A stretch of DNA of 64,000 nt, taken from the NCBI GenBank assembly GCA_030390025.1, contig CM059432.1, positions 94,426,001 to 94,490,000 of the forward strand, read 5' to 3'. The DNA is from Squalus acanthias. Taxonomy: Eukaryota. This document shows, in pieces, positions 49,510 through 61,976 of the stretch. A program made the position numbers and the translations under genes. Each line of letters begins with the position of its first letter. The first letter of the stretch is position 1. The notes under the pieces were generated by a model. The model ran no database searches, was not told where the DNA came from, and saw only the letters and a list, made by a program, of their open reading frames with translations.

Positions 49510-51630
49510 TACGATAAGCAGTGGCTAGCATTTAAAGAAATATTTCATAATTCTCAACAAAAATACATTCCATTGGGAAACAAAAACTCCACAGGAAAAG
49601 TAATCCAACCGTGGCTAACTAAAGAAGTTAAGGATAGCATTAGATTGAAAGAAGAAGCTTATAATGTTGCAAAGAATAATAGTAAGCCTGAGGATTGGGA
49701 GAGTTTCAGAAACCAGCAAAGGTTGACCAAAAAATTGATAAAAAGGGAAAAAATAGAATATGAGAGAAAACTAGCAAGAAATATAAAAGCAGATTGTAAG
49801 AGCTTCTACAAGTATGTAAAAAGTAAGAGAGTAGCAAAAGTAAACATTGGTCCCTTAGAGGCTGAGACAGGAGAAATTATTATGGGGAATAAGGAAATGG
49901 CAGAAACGTGAAACAAATATTTTGTATCTGTCTTCACAGTAGAAGACACAAAAAGCATACCAAAAATGGTGGGGAAGCAAGGGTCTAATGAGGGTGAGGA
50001 ACTTAATGTAATTAATATAAGTAGAGAAAAAGTACTAGAGAAACTAATGGGACTAAAAGCTGACAAATCCACTGGACCTGACGGCCTACATCCTAGGGTT
50101 CTAAAAGAGGTGGCTGAAAAGATAGTGGATGCATTGGTTTTGATCTTCCAAAATTCCCTAGATTCTAGAATGGTCCCAGCGGATTGGAAGGTCGCAAATG
50201 TAACACCACTATTCAAGAAAGGAGGGAGAGAAAAAACAGGGAACTACAGGCCAGTTAGCCTGACATCAGTCGTCGGGAAAATGCTGGAATCCATTGTTAA
50301 GGAAGTGGTATCAGGGCACTTAGAAAATCATAACACGATTAGGCAGAGTCAACATGGTTATATGAAAGGCAAATCGTGTTTGACAAATTTATTAGAGTTT
50401 TTTGAGGCTGTAACTAGCAGGGTAGATAAAGGGATGTAGTATATTTGGATTTCCAAAAGGCATTCGATAAGGTGCCACATAAAAGGTTATTACACAAGAT
50501 TAGGGCTCATGGGGTTGGGGGTAATATAATAGCATGGATAGAGGATTGGTTAACGGACAGAAAACAGAGAGTAGGGATAAACGGATCTTTTTCAGGTTGG
50601 CAGGCTGTAACTAGTAGGGTGCCGCAAGGATCAGTGTTGGGGCCTCAGCTATTTACAACCTATATTAATGGCCTAGTGAAGGGAACGAGTGTAATGTATT
50701 TGAGTTTACTGATGATACAAAGCTAGGTGGGACAGTAAGCTGTGAGAAGAACACAAAGAGTCTGCAAAACGATATAGATAGACTGAGTGAGTGGGTAGTA
50801 AGGTGGCAGATGGAGTATAATGTAGGGAAATGTGAGGTTATTCACTTTGGTAGGAAGAATAGAAAAACAGAATATATTTTAAATGGTGAGAAACTTTCAA
50901 ATGTTGGTGTTCAGAGAGATTTGGGTGTCCTCGAGCAAGAAACACAGAATGCTAGCATGCAGGTACAGCAAGCAATAAGGAAGGCAAATGGCATGTTGGC
51001 CTTTATTGCAAGGGGGTTGGAGTATAAGAGTAAGGAAGTCTTGCTACAATTGTACAGGGCCTTGGTGAGATCACACCTGGAGTACTGTTCAGTTTTGGTC
51101 TCCTTATCTAAGGAAGGATATACTTGCCTTGGAGGCAGTGCAACGAAGGTTCACTAGATTGATTCCTGGGATGAGAGGGCTGTCCTATGATGAGAGATTG
51201 CATAGATTGGGCCTATACTCTCTGGAGTTTAGAAGAATGAGAGGTGATCTCATTGAAACATACAAGATTCTGAAGGGGATTGACAGGGTAGATGCTGAGA
51301 GGTTATTTCCCCTGGCTGGAGTGTCTAGAATTAGGGGGCATAGTTTCAGGATAGGGGTAGGCCATTTAAGACTGAGATGAGGAGGAATTTCTTCACTCAG
51401 AGGGTTGTGAATCTTTGGAATTCTCTGCCCCAGAGGGCTGTGAATGCTGAGTCTTTGAGTACATTCAAGGCTGAGATAGATAGATTTTTGAACTCTAGGG
51501 GAATCAAGGGATATGGAGTTCGGGCGGGAAAGTGTAGTTGAGGTCGATGATCAGCCATGATCTTATTGAATGGCGGAGCAGGCTCGAGGGGCCGTATGGC
51601 CTACTCCTGCTCCAATTTCTTATGTTCTTA
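49510..51630 (+). mobile_element. 5'-truncated CR1 LINE (ORF2 with stops and frameshifts)
   Basis: GPDGLHPRVLKE, NYRPVSLTS, DFQKAFDKVPH, VPQGSVLGP and 3' tail. Confidence 0.93.
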
Positions 51631-51842
51631 CTCTGTTGTAGACCAACCTCCAACCCATGCTCCCACTGAATGAGGCTCTCCATTGGGAGTCCAGAATCAC
51701 TGAATTTATATTTCAAATATCCTTTTGCTTCTTTTTATTTTTGAATTAACATTATAACAAGCATAGCATCATTATTTTTATAGGTAATAATATTATAATC
51801 AACTTGATCATTTTACCTTAACCATAACCAAGTTTTTTTGTA

Positions 51843-54800
51843 AAAACCCATCTGGTTCACTAATGACCTTTAGGGAAGGAAACCTGCTGTTCTTACCTGG
51901 TCTGGCCTATATTTGACCCACACCAATGTGGTTGACTCTTAATTGCCCTCTGAAATGGCCTACCCAGCCACTCAGTTGTATCAAACAACTACGAAACAGC
52001 ATAATAAGAATAAAAACACATGGACCACCCGACATCGACATTCGGACATGACAAAGGCACACCCAGCCCAGTAGGCTCTGCAAAGTGGACTTGTGCCAAA
52101 TTTGGTAGAGCTGTCCCACAGACTAATCAAGCAACAGCCTGACAACGTCCCAGACTCCTCCATCACCAACCTGTCCCACCGGCAGAACAGAGATGGCGGC
52201 ACAGTCGGGAGGGAGTGGCCCTGGGAGTCCTCAACATTGACTCCGGACCCCATGAAGTTTCATGGCAGCAGGTCAAATATGGGCAAGGAACCAACTACCG
52301 CCCGCCCTCAACTGATGAATCAATACTCCTCCACATTGAGCACCACTAGGAAGAAGCACAGAATGTACTCTGGGTGGGGGACTTCACTACTGACCGAGCT
52401 GGCTGGGTCCTGAAGGACATAGATGCCAGAATGGGGTTGCGGCAGGTAGTGAGATTACCAACACGAGTAACCTACATCCTTCACCAATCTACCTGTCGCA
52501 GATGCATCTGTCCATGACAGTATTGGTAGGAGTGACCACAGTCATAGAATCATAGAAATTTACAGCACCGAAGGAGGCTATTCGGCCCATTGTGTCGGCC
52601 GAAAAAGAGCTATCCAGCCTAATCCCACTTTCCAGCTCTTGGTGCGTAGCCCTGTAGGCCACGGCACTTCAAGTGTATATCCAAGTACTTTTTAAATGTA
52701 ATGAGGGTTTCTGTCTCTACTGCCCTTTCAGGCAGTGTGTTCCAGACCCCCACCACCCTCTGGGTGAAAAAAGTTCTCCTCAACTCCCCTCTAATCCTTC
52801 TACCAATTACTTCAAATCTATGCCCCCTGCTTATTGACCTCTCTGGTAAGGGAAATAGGTCCTTCCTATCCATCCTATCTAGGCCCCTCATAATTTTATA
52901 CACCTCAATTAAATCTCCCCTCAGCCTCCTATGTTCCAAAAAAACCAACCCCAGCCTATTATAATTAAACCCCAGTTATAACTAAAATTCTCCAGTCCTG
53001 GCAACATCCTTGTAAATCTCCTCTGTACCCTCTCAAGTGCAATCACATCTTTCCTGTAATGTGGTGACCAGAACTGTACACAGTACTCTAGCTATGGCCG
53101 AACTAGTGTTTTATACAGTTCTAGCATAACCTCCCTGCTCTTATATTCTATGCCTCAGCTAATAAAGGAAAGTATCTCGTATGCCTTCTTAACCACCTTA
53201 TCTACCCGTCCTGCTGCCTTCAGGGATCTGTGGACATCCAAGGTCCCTCTGTTCCTCTACACTTCTCAGTATTCTACCATTTATTGTGTATTCACTTGCC
53301 TTGTTAACCCTCCCCAAATGCATTACCTCACACTTCTCCGGATTGAATTTCATTTGCAGTCATCGGTTGGCAGGTTATTGGTGAGTAAGTGCCACTTGAT
53401 AGCACTGTCAACAACACCTTCCATCACTCTGCTGATAATTGACAGTAGGCTGATGGGGCAGTAATTGGCTGGGTTGGATTTGTCCTACTTTATGTGCGCA
53501 TGACATACCTGGGCAATTTTCCACTTTGTCAGGTAGATGCCAGTGTAATAGCTATATTGGAACAGCTTGGCTAGAGGCGCGGCTAGTTCTGGAGCACAAG
53601 TCTTCAGCACTACAGTATGTTGTCGGGGCCCATAGCCTTGTGGAGCCGTCTTCACACTGATGACACCCTCCATTGTGTTACGTGGCACTACCACCGTACT
53701 AAATGAATAAATCTAGCAGCTGAAAACTGGGCATCCATGAGGCGCTGTGGGCCATCAGCAGCACCAGAATTGTATTCTACCACAATCTGTAACCTCAGGG
53801 CCCGGCATATCCCTCACTCTACCATTACCATCAAACCAGGTGACCAACCCTAGTTCAATGAAGAGTGTAGAAGAGCATGCCCGGAGCAGCACCAGGCATA
53901 CCTAAAAATGAGGTGTCAACCTGGTGACGCTACAACACAGGACTACATGCATGCTAAACAATGGAACAGCATGCTATAGACAGAGCTAATTGATCCCACA
54001 ACCAATTTATCAGATTAAAGGTCCTGCCACATCCAGTCCTGAATGGTGGTGGACAATTAAACAACTAACGGGAGGAGGAGGCTCCATGAACATCCCCATC
54101 CTCAATGATGGCAGAGCCCAGCATACGAGTACAAAAGATAAGGCTGAAGCATTCACAACCATCTTCAGCCAGAAGTGCTGAGTGGATGATCCATCTCTGC
54201 CTCCTCCTGAAGTCCCCACCATCACAGATGCCAGTCTTCAGCCAGTTTGATTCACTGAGAGCACTGGATACAGCAAAGGCTGTGGGCCCCGAAAACATAC
54301 AGGATGTAGTGCTGAAGACTTGCGCTCCAGAACTAAGCACGCCTCGAGCCAAGCTGTTCCAATATAGCTATTACGCTGGCATGTACCTGACAAAGTGGAA
54401 AACTGCCCAGGTATGTCCTGTCCACAAAAAGTAGGACAAATCCAACCCAGACAATTATCGCCCCATCAGTCTACACTCAATTATCAGCAAAGTGATAGAA
54501 GGTGTTGTCGTCAGTGCTATCAAGTGGCACTTACTCACCAGTAACCTGATCATCAATGCCCAGTTTTGGTTCCGCCAGGACCGCTCGGCTCCCGACCTCA
54601 GTACAGCCTTGGTCCAAACATAGACAAAAGAGCTGAATTCCAGAGGTGAGGTGAGAGTGACTGCCCTTGACATCAAGGCAGCATTTGACCAAGTGTGGCA
54701 CCAAGGAGCCCTGGTAAAAGTCAAACCAATGGAGATCAGGGGGAAAACTGTCCACTGGCTGGAGTCATACCTAGCACAAAGGAAGATGATTGTGGTTGTT

Positions 54801-55797
54801 GGAGGCCAATCATCTCAGCCCCAGGACATTGCTGCAGGAGTTCCTCAGGGCAGTGTCCTAGGCCCAAGTATCTTCAGCTGCTACATCAATGACCTTCCCT
54901 CCATCATAAAGTCAGAAGTGTGGATGTTCGTGATGATAGCACAGTGTTCAGTGCCATTCGCAACTCCTCAGATAATGAAGCAGTCCGTGTCCACTTGCAA
55001 CAAGACATGGACAACATTCAGGCTTGGGCTGATAAGTGGCAAGTATCATTCGCCCCACACAAGGGTCAGGCAATAACTATCTCCAACAAGAGAGTCTAAC
55101 CGCCTCCCCATGACATTCAATGGCATGACCATTGTGAATCCCCCACCATCAACATCCTGGGGGTCACCATTAACCAGAAACCTAACTGGACTAGCCACAT
55201 AAATACTGAAGTGAAAACAGCAGATCAGAAGCTGGGAATCCTGCAGCGAGCGACTCTCCTCCTGAATCCCCAAAGCCTTTCCACTACCTTCAAGGCACAA
55301 GTCAGGAGTGTGATGGAATACTCTCCACTTGCCTGGATGAGTGCAGCTCCAACAACACTCAAGAAGCTCAACACAATCCAGGACAAAGCAGCCCGCTTGA
55401 TCGGCACCCCATCCACCACCTTAAACATCCCTCCACCACCGGCGCACTGTGGCTGCAGTGTGTACCAGCTACAAGATGCATTGCAACAACTCGCCAAGGC
55501 TTCTTCGACAGCACCTCCCAAACCCATGATCTCTACCACCAAGAAGGACAAGGGCAGCAGGACCAAGAGTTCCCCTCCAAGTCATCCTGATTTGGAAATA
55601 TATCACCGTTCCTTCATAGTCGCTGGGTCAAAATCCTGGAACTCCCTACCTAACAGCAGTGTGGGAGTACCTTCACCACGCGGACTGCAGCGATTCAAGA
55701 AGGGGGCTCACCACCACCTTCTCAAAGACAATTAGGGATGGGCAATAAATGCTGGCCTTGCCAATGACGCCCACATTCCGTGAATGAATAAAAAAAA
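51843..55797 (+). mobile_element. Near full-length family-B CR1-group LINE (APE + RT), interrupted
   Basis: APE remnants ending GRSDH, then KTCAPEL, ALDIKAAFDQVWH, GVPQGSVLGP, SKSWNSLP and a poly-A end. Interrupted at 52543-53640. Exact clade not determined. Confidence 0.85.
52543..53356 (-). mobile_element. CR1 3' fragment nested in the family-B LINE
   Basis: RGDLIEVYKIMRG, FFTQRVVGVWNTLP and (ttctatga)n tail. Confidence 0.88.
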
Positions 55798-56078
55798 GGT
55801 AAGGGAGCTTGAATCTTGCTAAGAAAAGAACACCATTCTGTCAGTACTACACAACTGTACTTGTTTCTGCTGATTTACATAAGTAGCTTTCAAAAGCATT
55901 AACTACAGTATCTAAATTTACAAATTATATATTATTCCTGTTGCAAAAATAATCACATAATAAGTGCATCAGAAGAATGATCTTAAAAAACACAATATTT
56001 CATTGCTACTGCTACTTATAAAGACATGAAATAGAAAATGTCAGGAATATTGTTTTTGTCATGTATGTCACTTTAAAG

Positions 56079-56300
56079 CAGAGGCCGGAGTCGGGAGGAG
56101 CAGAGAGTGGCGGATTCGTGAGTATTTAAACTCACTTTCGCGGGCTTTTTTCAGAGGCCGGAGTTGGGAGGAGCAGAGAGTGGCGGTTTCGTGAGTATTT
56201 AAACTCACTTCTGCGGGCTTTTTTTCAGAGGCCGGAGTCGGGAGGAGCAGAGAGTGGCGGTTCAGTGAGTACTTAAACTCACTTTCATGGGCTTTTTAAG
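56079..56300 (+). repeat. Three ~73-74-bp tandem monomers in the CR1 5' UTR
   Basis: Units start at 56079, 56152 and 56226. Each contains the imperfect palindrome GTGAGT(atttaa)ACTCAC and CpGs. Confidence 0.9.
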
Positions 56301-56616
56301 AGGTTTACCAATCTCACAGACCGGCGGCGGCGTTCCAGAGCCACGTCACGATTCAAAAAGTGATGCGGGCAAGAGGAAGCAGCTGATTGGGTGAGTACGG
56401 CTAGGTGAGTATTTATACTACTCTATAATTTGACAGTTAAGGTTAATAGTTTATAAAGTTTAGAAGGTCTTAATTTTGTGGTTATACTTTCTAAGGTCTC
56501 TGTTGTGTAGCGGGGAGTGCTAGTAAACAAGGGCCCTTGAGTATAACATTTAATTGTAGTGTAATTGGTGGTATTGATTTGATTTAATTTAATTTAACTT
56601 AATTAAAGGGTAAGTC

Positions 56617-57567
56617 ATGGCAGCACAGCTCGGCCCTGTGGTATGCTCCTCCTGCGCTATGTGGGAAATCAGGGACACTTCCTGTGTCCCTGACGACCAT
56701 GTGTGCAGGAAGTGTATCCAGCTGCAGCTACTGGCAGACCACATTGCGGCGCTGGAGCTGCGACTGGATGCACACTGGAGCATTCGCGATGCTGAGGACG
56801 TCGTGGCAATCACGTTTAATGAGTTGGTCACACCGCAGGTAAAGGCTGCACAGGCAGGAAGGGAATGGGTGACCGCCAGGCAGAGTAGTAGGCACAGGCA
56901 GGTAGTGCAGGGGTCCCCTGTGGCCATCCCACTCTTAATCAGATATACCACTTTGGATATTGTTGAGGGGGATGGCTTATCGGGGGAAGGCAGCAGCGAC
57001 CAACTTCCTGGCACCATGGGTGGTTCTGCTGCACAGGAGGGGAGGAAAAAGAGCGGGAGAGCTATCGTGATAGGGGATTCTATTGTAAGGGGAATAGATA
57101 GGCGTTTCTGTGGCCGCAAACGAGACTCCAGGATGGTATGTTGCCTCCCTGGTGCAAGGGTCAAGGATGTCTCGGAGCGGCTGCAGGGCATTCTGGAGGG
57201 GGAGGGTGAACAGCCAGTTGTCGTGGTGCATATAGGTACCAACGATATAGGTAAAAACTGGGATGAGGTCCTAAAAGCTGAATATAGGGAGTTAGGAGGT
57301 AAATTAAAAAATAGGACCTCAAAGGTAGTAATCTCAGGATTGCTACCAGTGCCACACGCTGGTCAGAGTAGAAATAGAAGGATATTTCAGATGAATACGT
57401 GGCTAGAGGAATGGTGCAAGGGGGAGGGATTTAAATTCCTGGGACACTGGAACCGGTTCTGGGGGAGGTGGGACCAGTACAAACTGGACGGTTTGCACCT
57501 GGGCAGGACCGGGACCGATGTCCTAGGGGAAGTGTTTGCCAGTGCTGTTGGGGAGGGTTTAAACTAA
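56617..57567 (+). CDS. CR1 ORF1p: Cys-rich finger/leucine zipper plus SGNH esterase-like domain (intact, 316 aa)
   Basis: CSSC..CRKC + LELRL heptads; blocks IGDSIVR, PGA, HIGTND, DGLHL. Confidence 0.88.
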   Translation: MAAQLGPVVCSSCAMWEIRDTSCVPDDHVCRKCIQLQLLADHIAALELRLDAHWSIRDAEDVVAITFNELVTPQVKAAQAGREWVTARQSSRHRQVVQGSPVAIPLLIRYTTLDIVEGDGLSGEGSSDQLPGTMGGSAAQEGRKKSGRAIVIGDSIVRGIDRRFCGRKRDSRMVCCLPGARVKDVSERLQGILEGEGEQPVVVVHIGTNDIGKNWDEVLKAEYRELGGKLKNRTSKVVISGLLPVPHAGQSRNRRIFQMNTWLEEWCKGEGFKFLGHWNRFWGRWDQYKLDGLHLGRTGTDVLGEVFASAVGEGLN

Positions 57568-60513
57568 AATGGCAGGGGGTTGGGAACCTGTGCAGGGAGA
57601 CAGAGGAAAGGGAAGCAAGGATAGAAACACAAGACAGGAAGGAGAAAAGCAAAAGTGGAAGGCAGAGAAATCAAGGGTGTAAATGAAACATGGCCACAGT
57701 AAACAATAATTCTAAATGGTCTAAGAGTGTTTAAAAAACAAGCCTGAAGGCTCTGTGTCTTAATGCGAGGAGCATTCGTAATAAGGTGGATGAATTAGTT
57801 GCACAAATAGATGTAAACGGATATGATATAATTGAGATTACGGAGACATGGCTCCAGGGTGACCAAGGCTGGGAATTCAACATCCAGGGGTATTCAACAT
57901 TCAGGAAGGACAGGCAAAAAGGAAAAGGAGGTGGGGTAGCATTGCTGGTTAAAGAGGAGATTAACACAATAGTAAGGAAGGATATTAGCTCTGATGATGT
58001 GGAATCTGTATGGGTAGAGCTGAGAAATACCAAGGGGCAGAAAACATTAGTGGGAGTTGTATACAGACCCCCAAACAGTAATGCTGAGGTTGGGGATGGC
58101 ACTGAACGGGAAATTAGAGACGCGTGCAATAAGGGCACAGCAGTTATCATGGGTGACTTTAATCTACATATAGATTGGGCTAACCAAATTAGTAACAATA
58201 CTGTGGAGGAGGAATTCCTAGATGGTTTCCTGGACCAATATGTCGAGGAACCAACTAGAGATCAGGCCATCTTAGACTGGGTATTATGTAATGAGAAAGG
58301 ATTAATTAGCAATCTTGTTGTGCGAGGCCCCTTGGAGAGGTGCGATCATAATATGATAGAATTCTTCATTAAGATGGAGAGTGAAGTATTTGACTCAGAG
58401 ACTAGGGTCCTGAATTTAAATAAAGGAAATATGATGGTATGAGGCGCGAGTTGGCTAGGATGGATTGGGGAACATTACTTAAAGGGTTGACGGTGGATAG
58501 GCAATGGCAAACATTTAAAGATCGCATGGATGAACTACAGAATTTGTTCATCCCTGTTTGGCATAAAAATAAAAAAAGTGACTCAACCGTGGCTAACAAG
58601 GGAAATTAGGGATAGCATAAGATCCAAGGAGAGGACATAAAATTGGCCAGAAAAAGCAGCAAACCTGAGGATTGGGGGCAGTTTAGGATTCAGCAAAGGA
58701 GGACAAAGGGATTGATTAAGAGAGGGAAAATAGAGTATGAGAGTAAGCTTGCAGGGAATATAAAAACTGACTGTAAAAGCTTCTATAGATATGTGAAGAG
58801 AAAAAGATTGGTGAAGTCAAGCGTAGGGCCCTTGCAGTCAGAATCAGGGGAATTTATAATGGGGAACAAAGAAATGGCTGACCAATTAAATACATACTTT
58901 GGTTCTGTCTTCACAAAGGAGGACACAAATAACCTCCCAGAGATGTCGGGGAACATAGGGTCTAATGAGAGGGAGGAACTGAATGAAATCAGTATTTGTA
59001 GGGAAATGGTGTTAGGGAAATTGACGGGATTGAAGGCCGATAAATCCCCAGGGCCTGATAATCTACATCCTAGGATACTTAAGGAAGTGGCCCTAGAAAT
59101 AGTAGATGCATTGCTGGTCATCTTCCAAAATTCTATAGACTCTGGCACAGTTCCCATGGATTGGAGGGTAGCTAATGTAACCCCACTATTTAAAAAAGGT
59201 GGTAGAGAGAAAATGGGGAATTATAGACATTGGTAGTGGGGAAAATGCTAGAGTCCATTATAAAAGATGTAATAGCAGAGCACTTGGAAAACAGTGACAG
59301 GATCGGACAAAGTCAACATGGATTTACAAAAGGTAAATCATGCTTGACTAATCTACTAGAATTTTTTGAGGATGTAACTGGTAGAATAGATAAGGGAGAG
59401 CCAGTGGATGTGGTGTATTTGGACTTTCAGAAGGCTTTCGATAAGGTCCCGCATAAGAGATTAGCGTGCAAAGTTAAAGCACATGGGATTGGGGATAAGG
59501 TACTGACTTGGATAGAGAACAGGTTGGCAGACAGGAAGCAAAGAGTTGGAATAAATGGGTCTTTTTACGAGTGGCAGGCAGTGACTAGTGGGGTACCGCA
59601 GGGATCGGTGCTAGGACCCCAGTTATTCACAATATATATTAATGATCTAGTCGAGGGAACTAGATGTAATATCTCCAAGTTTGCAGACGACACAAAGCTG
59701 GGTGGGCATGTGTGCTGTGAGGAGGTTGCAGAGAAACTCCAGTATCATTTGGACAGGTTGGGTTATTGGGCAGATGCATGGCAGATGCAGTATAATGTGG
59801 ATAAATGCGAGATTATCCACTTTGGTGGCAAAAACAGGAAGGCAGATTATTATCTGAACGGCAATAGATTGGGAAAAGGGGAAGTGCAACGAGACCTGGG
59901 TGTCCTTGTGCACCAGTCGCTGAAGGTAAGCATGCAGGTGCAGCAGGCGGTTAAGAAGGCAAATGGTATGTTGGCCTTCATAGCGAGAGGATTCGAGTAC
60001 AGGAGCAAGGATGTCATGCTGCAGTTGTACAGGGCCTTGGTGAGACCACACCTTGAGTATTGTGTGCAGTTTTGGTTGCCTTATCTGAGGAAGGGTGTTC
60101 TTGCCATGGAGGGAGTGCAGCGAAGATTCACCAGACTGATACCTGGGATGGCAGGAATGACGTATGAAGAGAGATTGGGTTGATTGGGCTTGTATTCGCT
60201 AGAATTTAGAAGAATGAGAGGGGATCTCATTGAAACTTATAAAATTCTAACAGGACTAGACAGACTAGATGCAGGAAGGATGTTCACGATGGTGGGGGAG
60301 TCCAGAACCAGGGGTCACAGTCTAAGGATAAGGGGTAAGCCATTTAGGACTGAGATGAGGAGGAATTTCTTCACCCAGAGAGTGGTGAACCTGTGGAATT
60401 CTCTACCACAGAAGGCAGTTGAGGCCAATTCATTAAATATATTCAAGAAGGAGTTAGATATATTTCTTAAGGCTATGGGGAGAAAGCAGGGACAGGGTAC
60501 TGAATTTGGATGA
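57568..60513 (+). pseudogene. CR1 ORF2 (APE + RT) with several frameshifts and a stop
   Basis: ITETWL, GGGVALLVK, VVYRPP, MGDFN, CDH; FADDTKL. Broken at ~58430, ~58580, ~59230 and 60181. Confidence 0.92.
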
Positions 60514-60678
60514 TCAGCCATGATTGCATAGAATGGCAGAGCAGGCTCGAGGGGCCGAATGGCCTACTCCTGCTCCTATCTTTTATGTTTCTATCACACC
60601 GTTACACAGAAATTTGCACAAAAATAAAGCCCAGAACAGGTTTCAGTTTATTCCAAACATCTAGAAGAATGCACTTAC

Positions 60679-60828
60679 CTTGTTTCATTTGAATCATTAC
60701 TATCAAGACGTTTAGTTCTTGGAACAAGCGGAATTGGCACCAGGGTCATCTGTTTCTCTGCTCCAAGTCTATCCTGAATTATTGACTCTTTTTTCACGTT
60801 GAGCTCTGAATAGGGGCAGCCAAAAGCA
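60679..60828 (-). CDS. L3MBTL4: Internal coding exon (150 bp, phase 2-2) of an L3MBTL-family gene; end of a C2HC zinc finger plus linker
   Basis: Acceptor ctcttgtgaatttag| and donor AG|gtaagt. Reads (S)AFGCPYSELNVKKESIIQDRLGAEKQMTLVPIPLVPRTKRLDSNDSNET(R), resembling human L3MBTL4 SAFGCPYSDMNLKKE...DRL as I recall it. Paralogue assignment is from memory, not a search. Confidence 0.85.
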
Positions 60829-61619
60829 CTAAATTCACAAGAGAACAGAGAATATTGTGTTATTTTTATTAAACTTAAATGATAACCTGACAACCCCCAA
60901 CATCACACATCAAACTATTTCATTTTCCATTCCTCTCAAAAACTAAATACAATTCCCACAACATGAACAGGCCAAGTACAACAAAATCCATAGCATGAAA
61001 AATAACATCCATCAATCAAGAAAATGATCAATTGAATGTATTCTGAACTTTAGAAGGGGCTAATCAAGCCAAGACTGATGCTGAGATAACTGAAAGTAGT
61101 AAGTCTAAGTCCATATCAAAAGGTAATTGTTTTCTCGATGACTTAATAGATTATCTGTAGGATCATCTATCTTTTACTCGTGTTTTTGTGAGCAAATCTC
61201 AGCATCCATTCTTCTCGTTATATTTTCCTTCCAATTACTTTTAGTAACAGACTGAAAAACAACAAACTGTGAACTCTATTGAAGGCTTTTCAGAAATTTG
61301 TCTTTTTCAAATGTGGTTATTACCTAAATTTTCACCTAAATTCCCTTTGACCCTTCTCCTCAAAATTCTCTTCCCTTCGGTCTTCACTCAACTTTACAGT
61401 GGACATCAATTCCTCCAGCTGTATGCACGACCCCTCCTCAATCTTGCAAACTTGTGACCTCTGAGTTTTTGATCATTGGCAAAACAATTTCTGATCAATT
61501 TCTTGTCTCCCTCACCATCCACATCTCCCTACCTACCACTGCCCTGACCCTCTATCCCTGAAAACAACTTCCGCCCAGTTACCTCAACAGTACACTCCCT
61601 AATAAAGAAAGCACAATGG

Positions 61620-61790
61620 GATCTTTTACACCAACTAAACAGCAGATGGTTTAATGACTCAACTGAAATATGGCACTTCTGACAATACAGTGCAGCACTT
61701 AAGTATCAGCCTAGATTTAGTACTTAAGTCCTGGAGTAAGGCTGAACCCCACAATCTTTTAACTCAGAGACAAGAGTACTGTCGCTGATC
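61620..61790 (-). mobile_element. tRNA-headed SINE fragment
   Basis: Reverse complement resembles the SINE head and body at 25193-25320. Confidence 0.5.
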
Positions 61791-61976
61791 CAATTTTATA
61801 GTTAGCATGCACTATAACTTTACTTTATAGAAATGAAAATTGGAACCATATGAAAAGATCACAATGCTTTAAACACAATTTTGATTCCCATTTGAAATAG
61901 TTGTAAAACTTTGTGGGATATGTTTTCAGCTACTGATGCCCATGGAGATTGGTGCTTAAATGGGCAAAATAAACTT

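Larger units (their letters stand above)
56079..60593 (+). mobile_element. Full-length CR1 LINE (5' UTR repeats, ORF1, ORF2, 3' tail)
   Basis: All modules present in order. Antisense to the host gene; the 3' end is about 85 bp from the donor of the 60679-60828 exon. Confidence 0.95.

Noticed and set aside
56079-56300. Palindrome-containing repeats as a CRISPR-like array
   Set aside because: Whole units repeat with no unique spacers, in a vertebrate LINE 5' UTR context.
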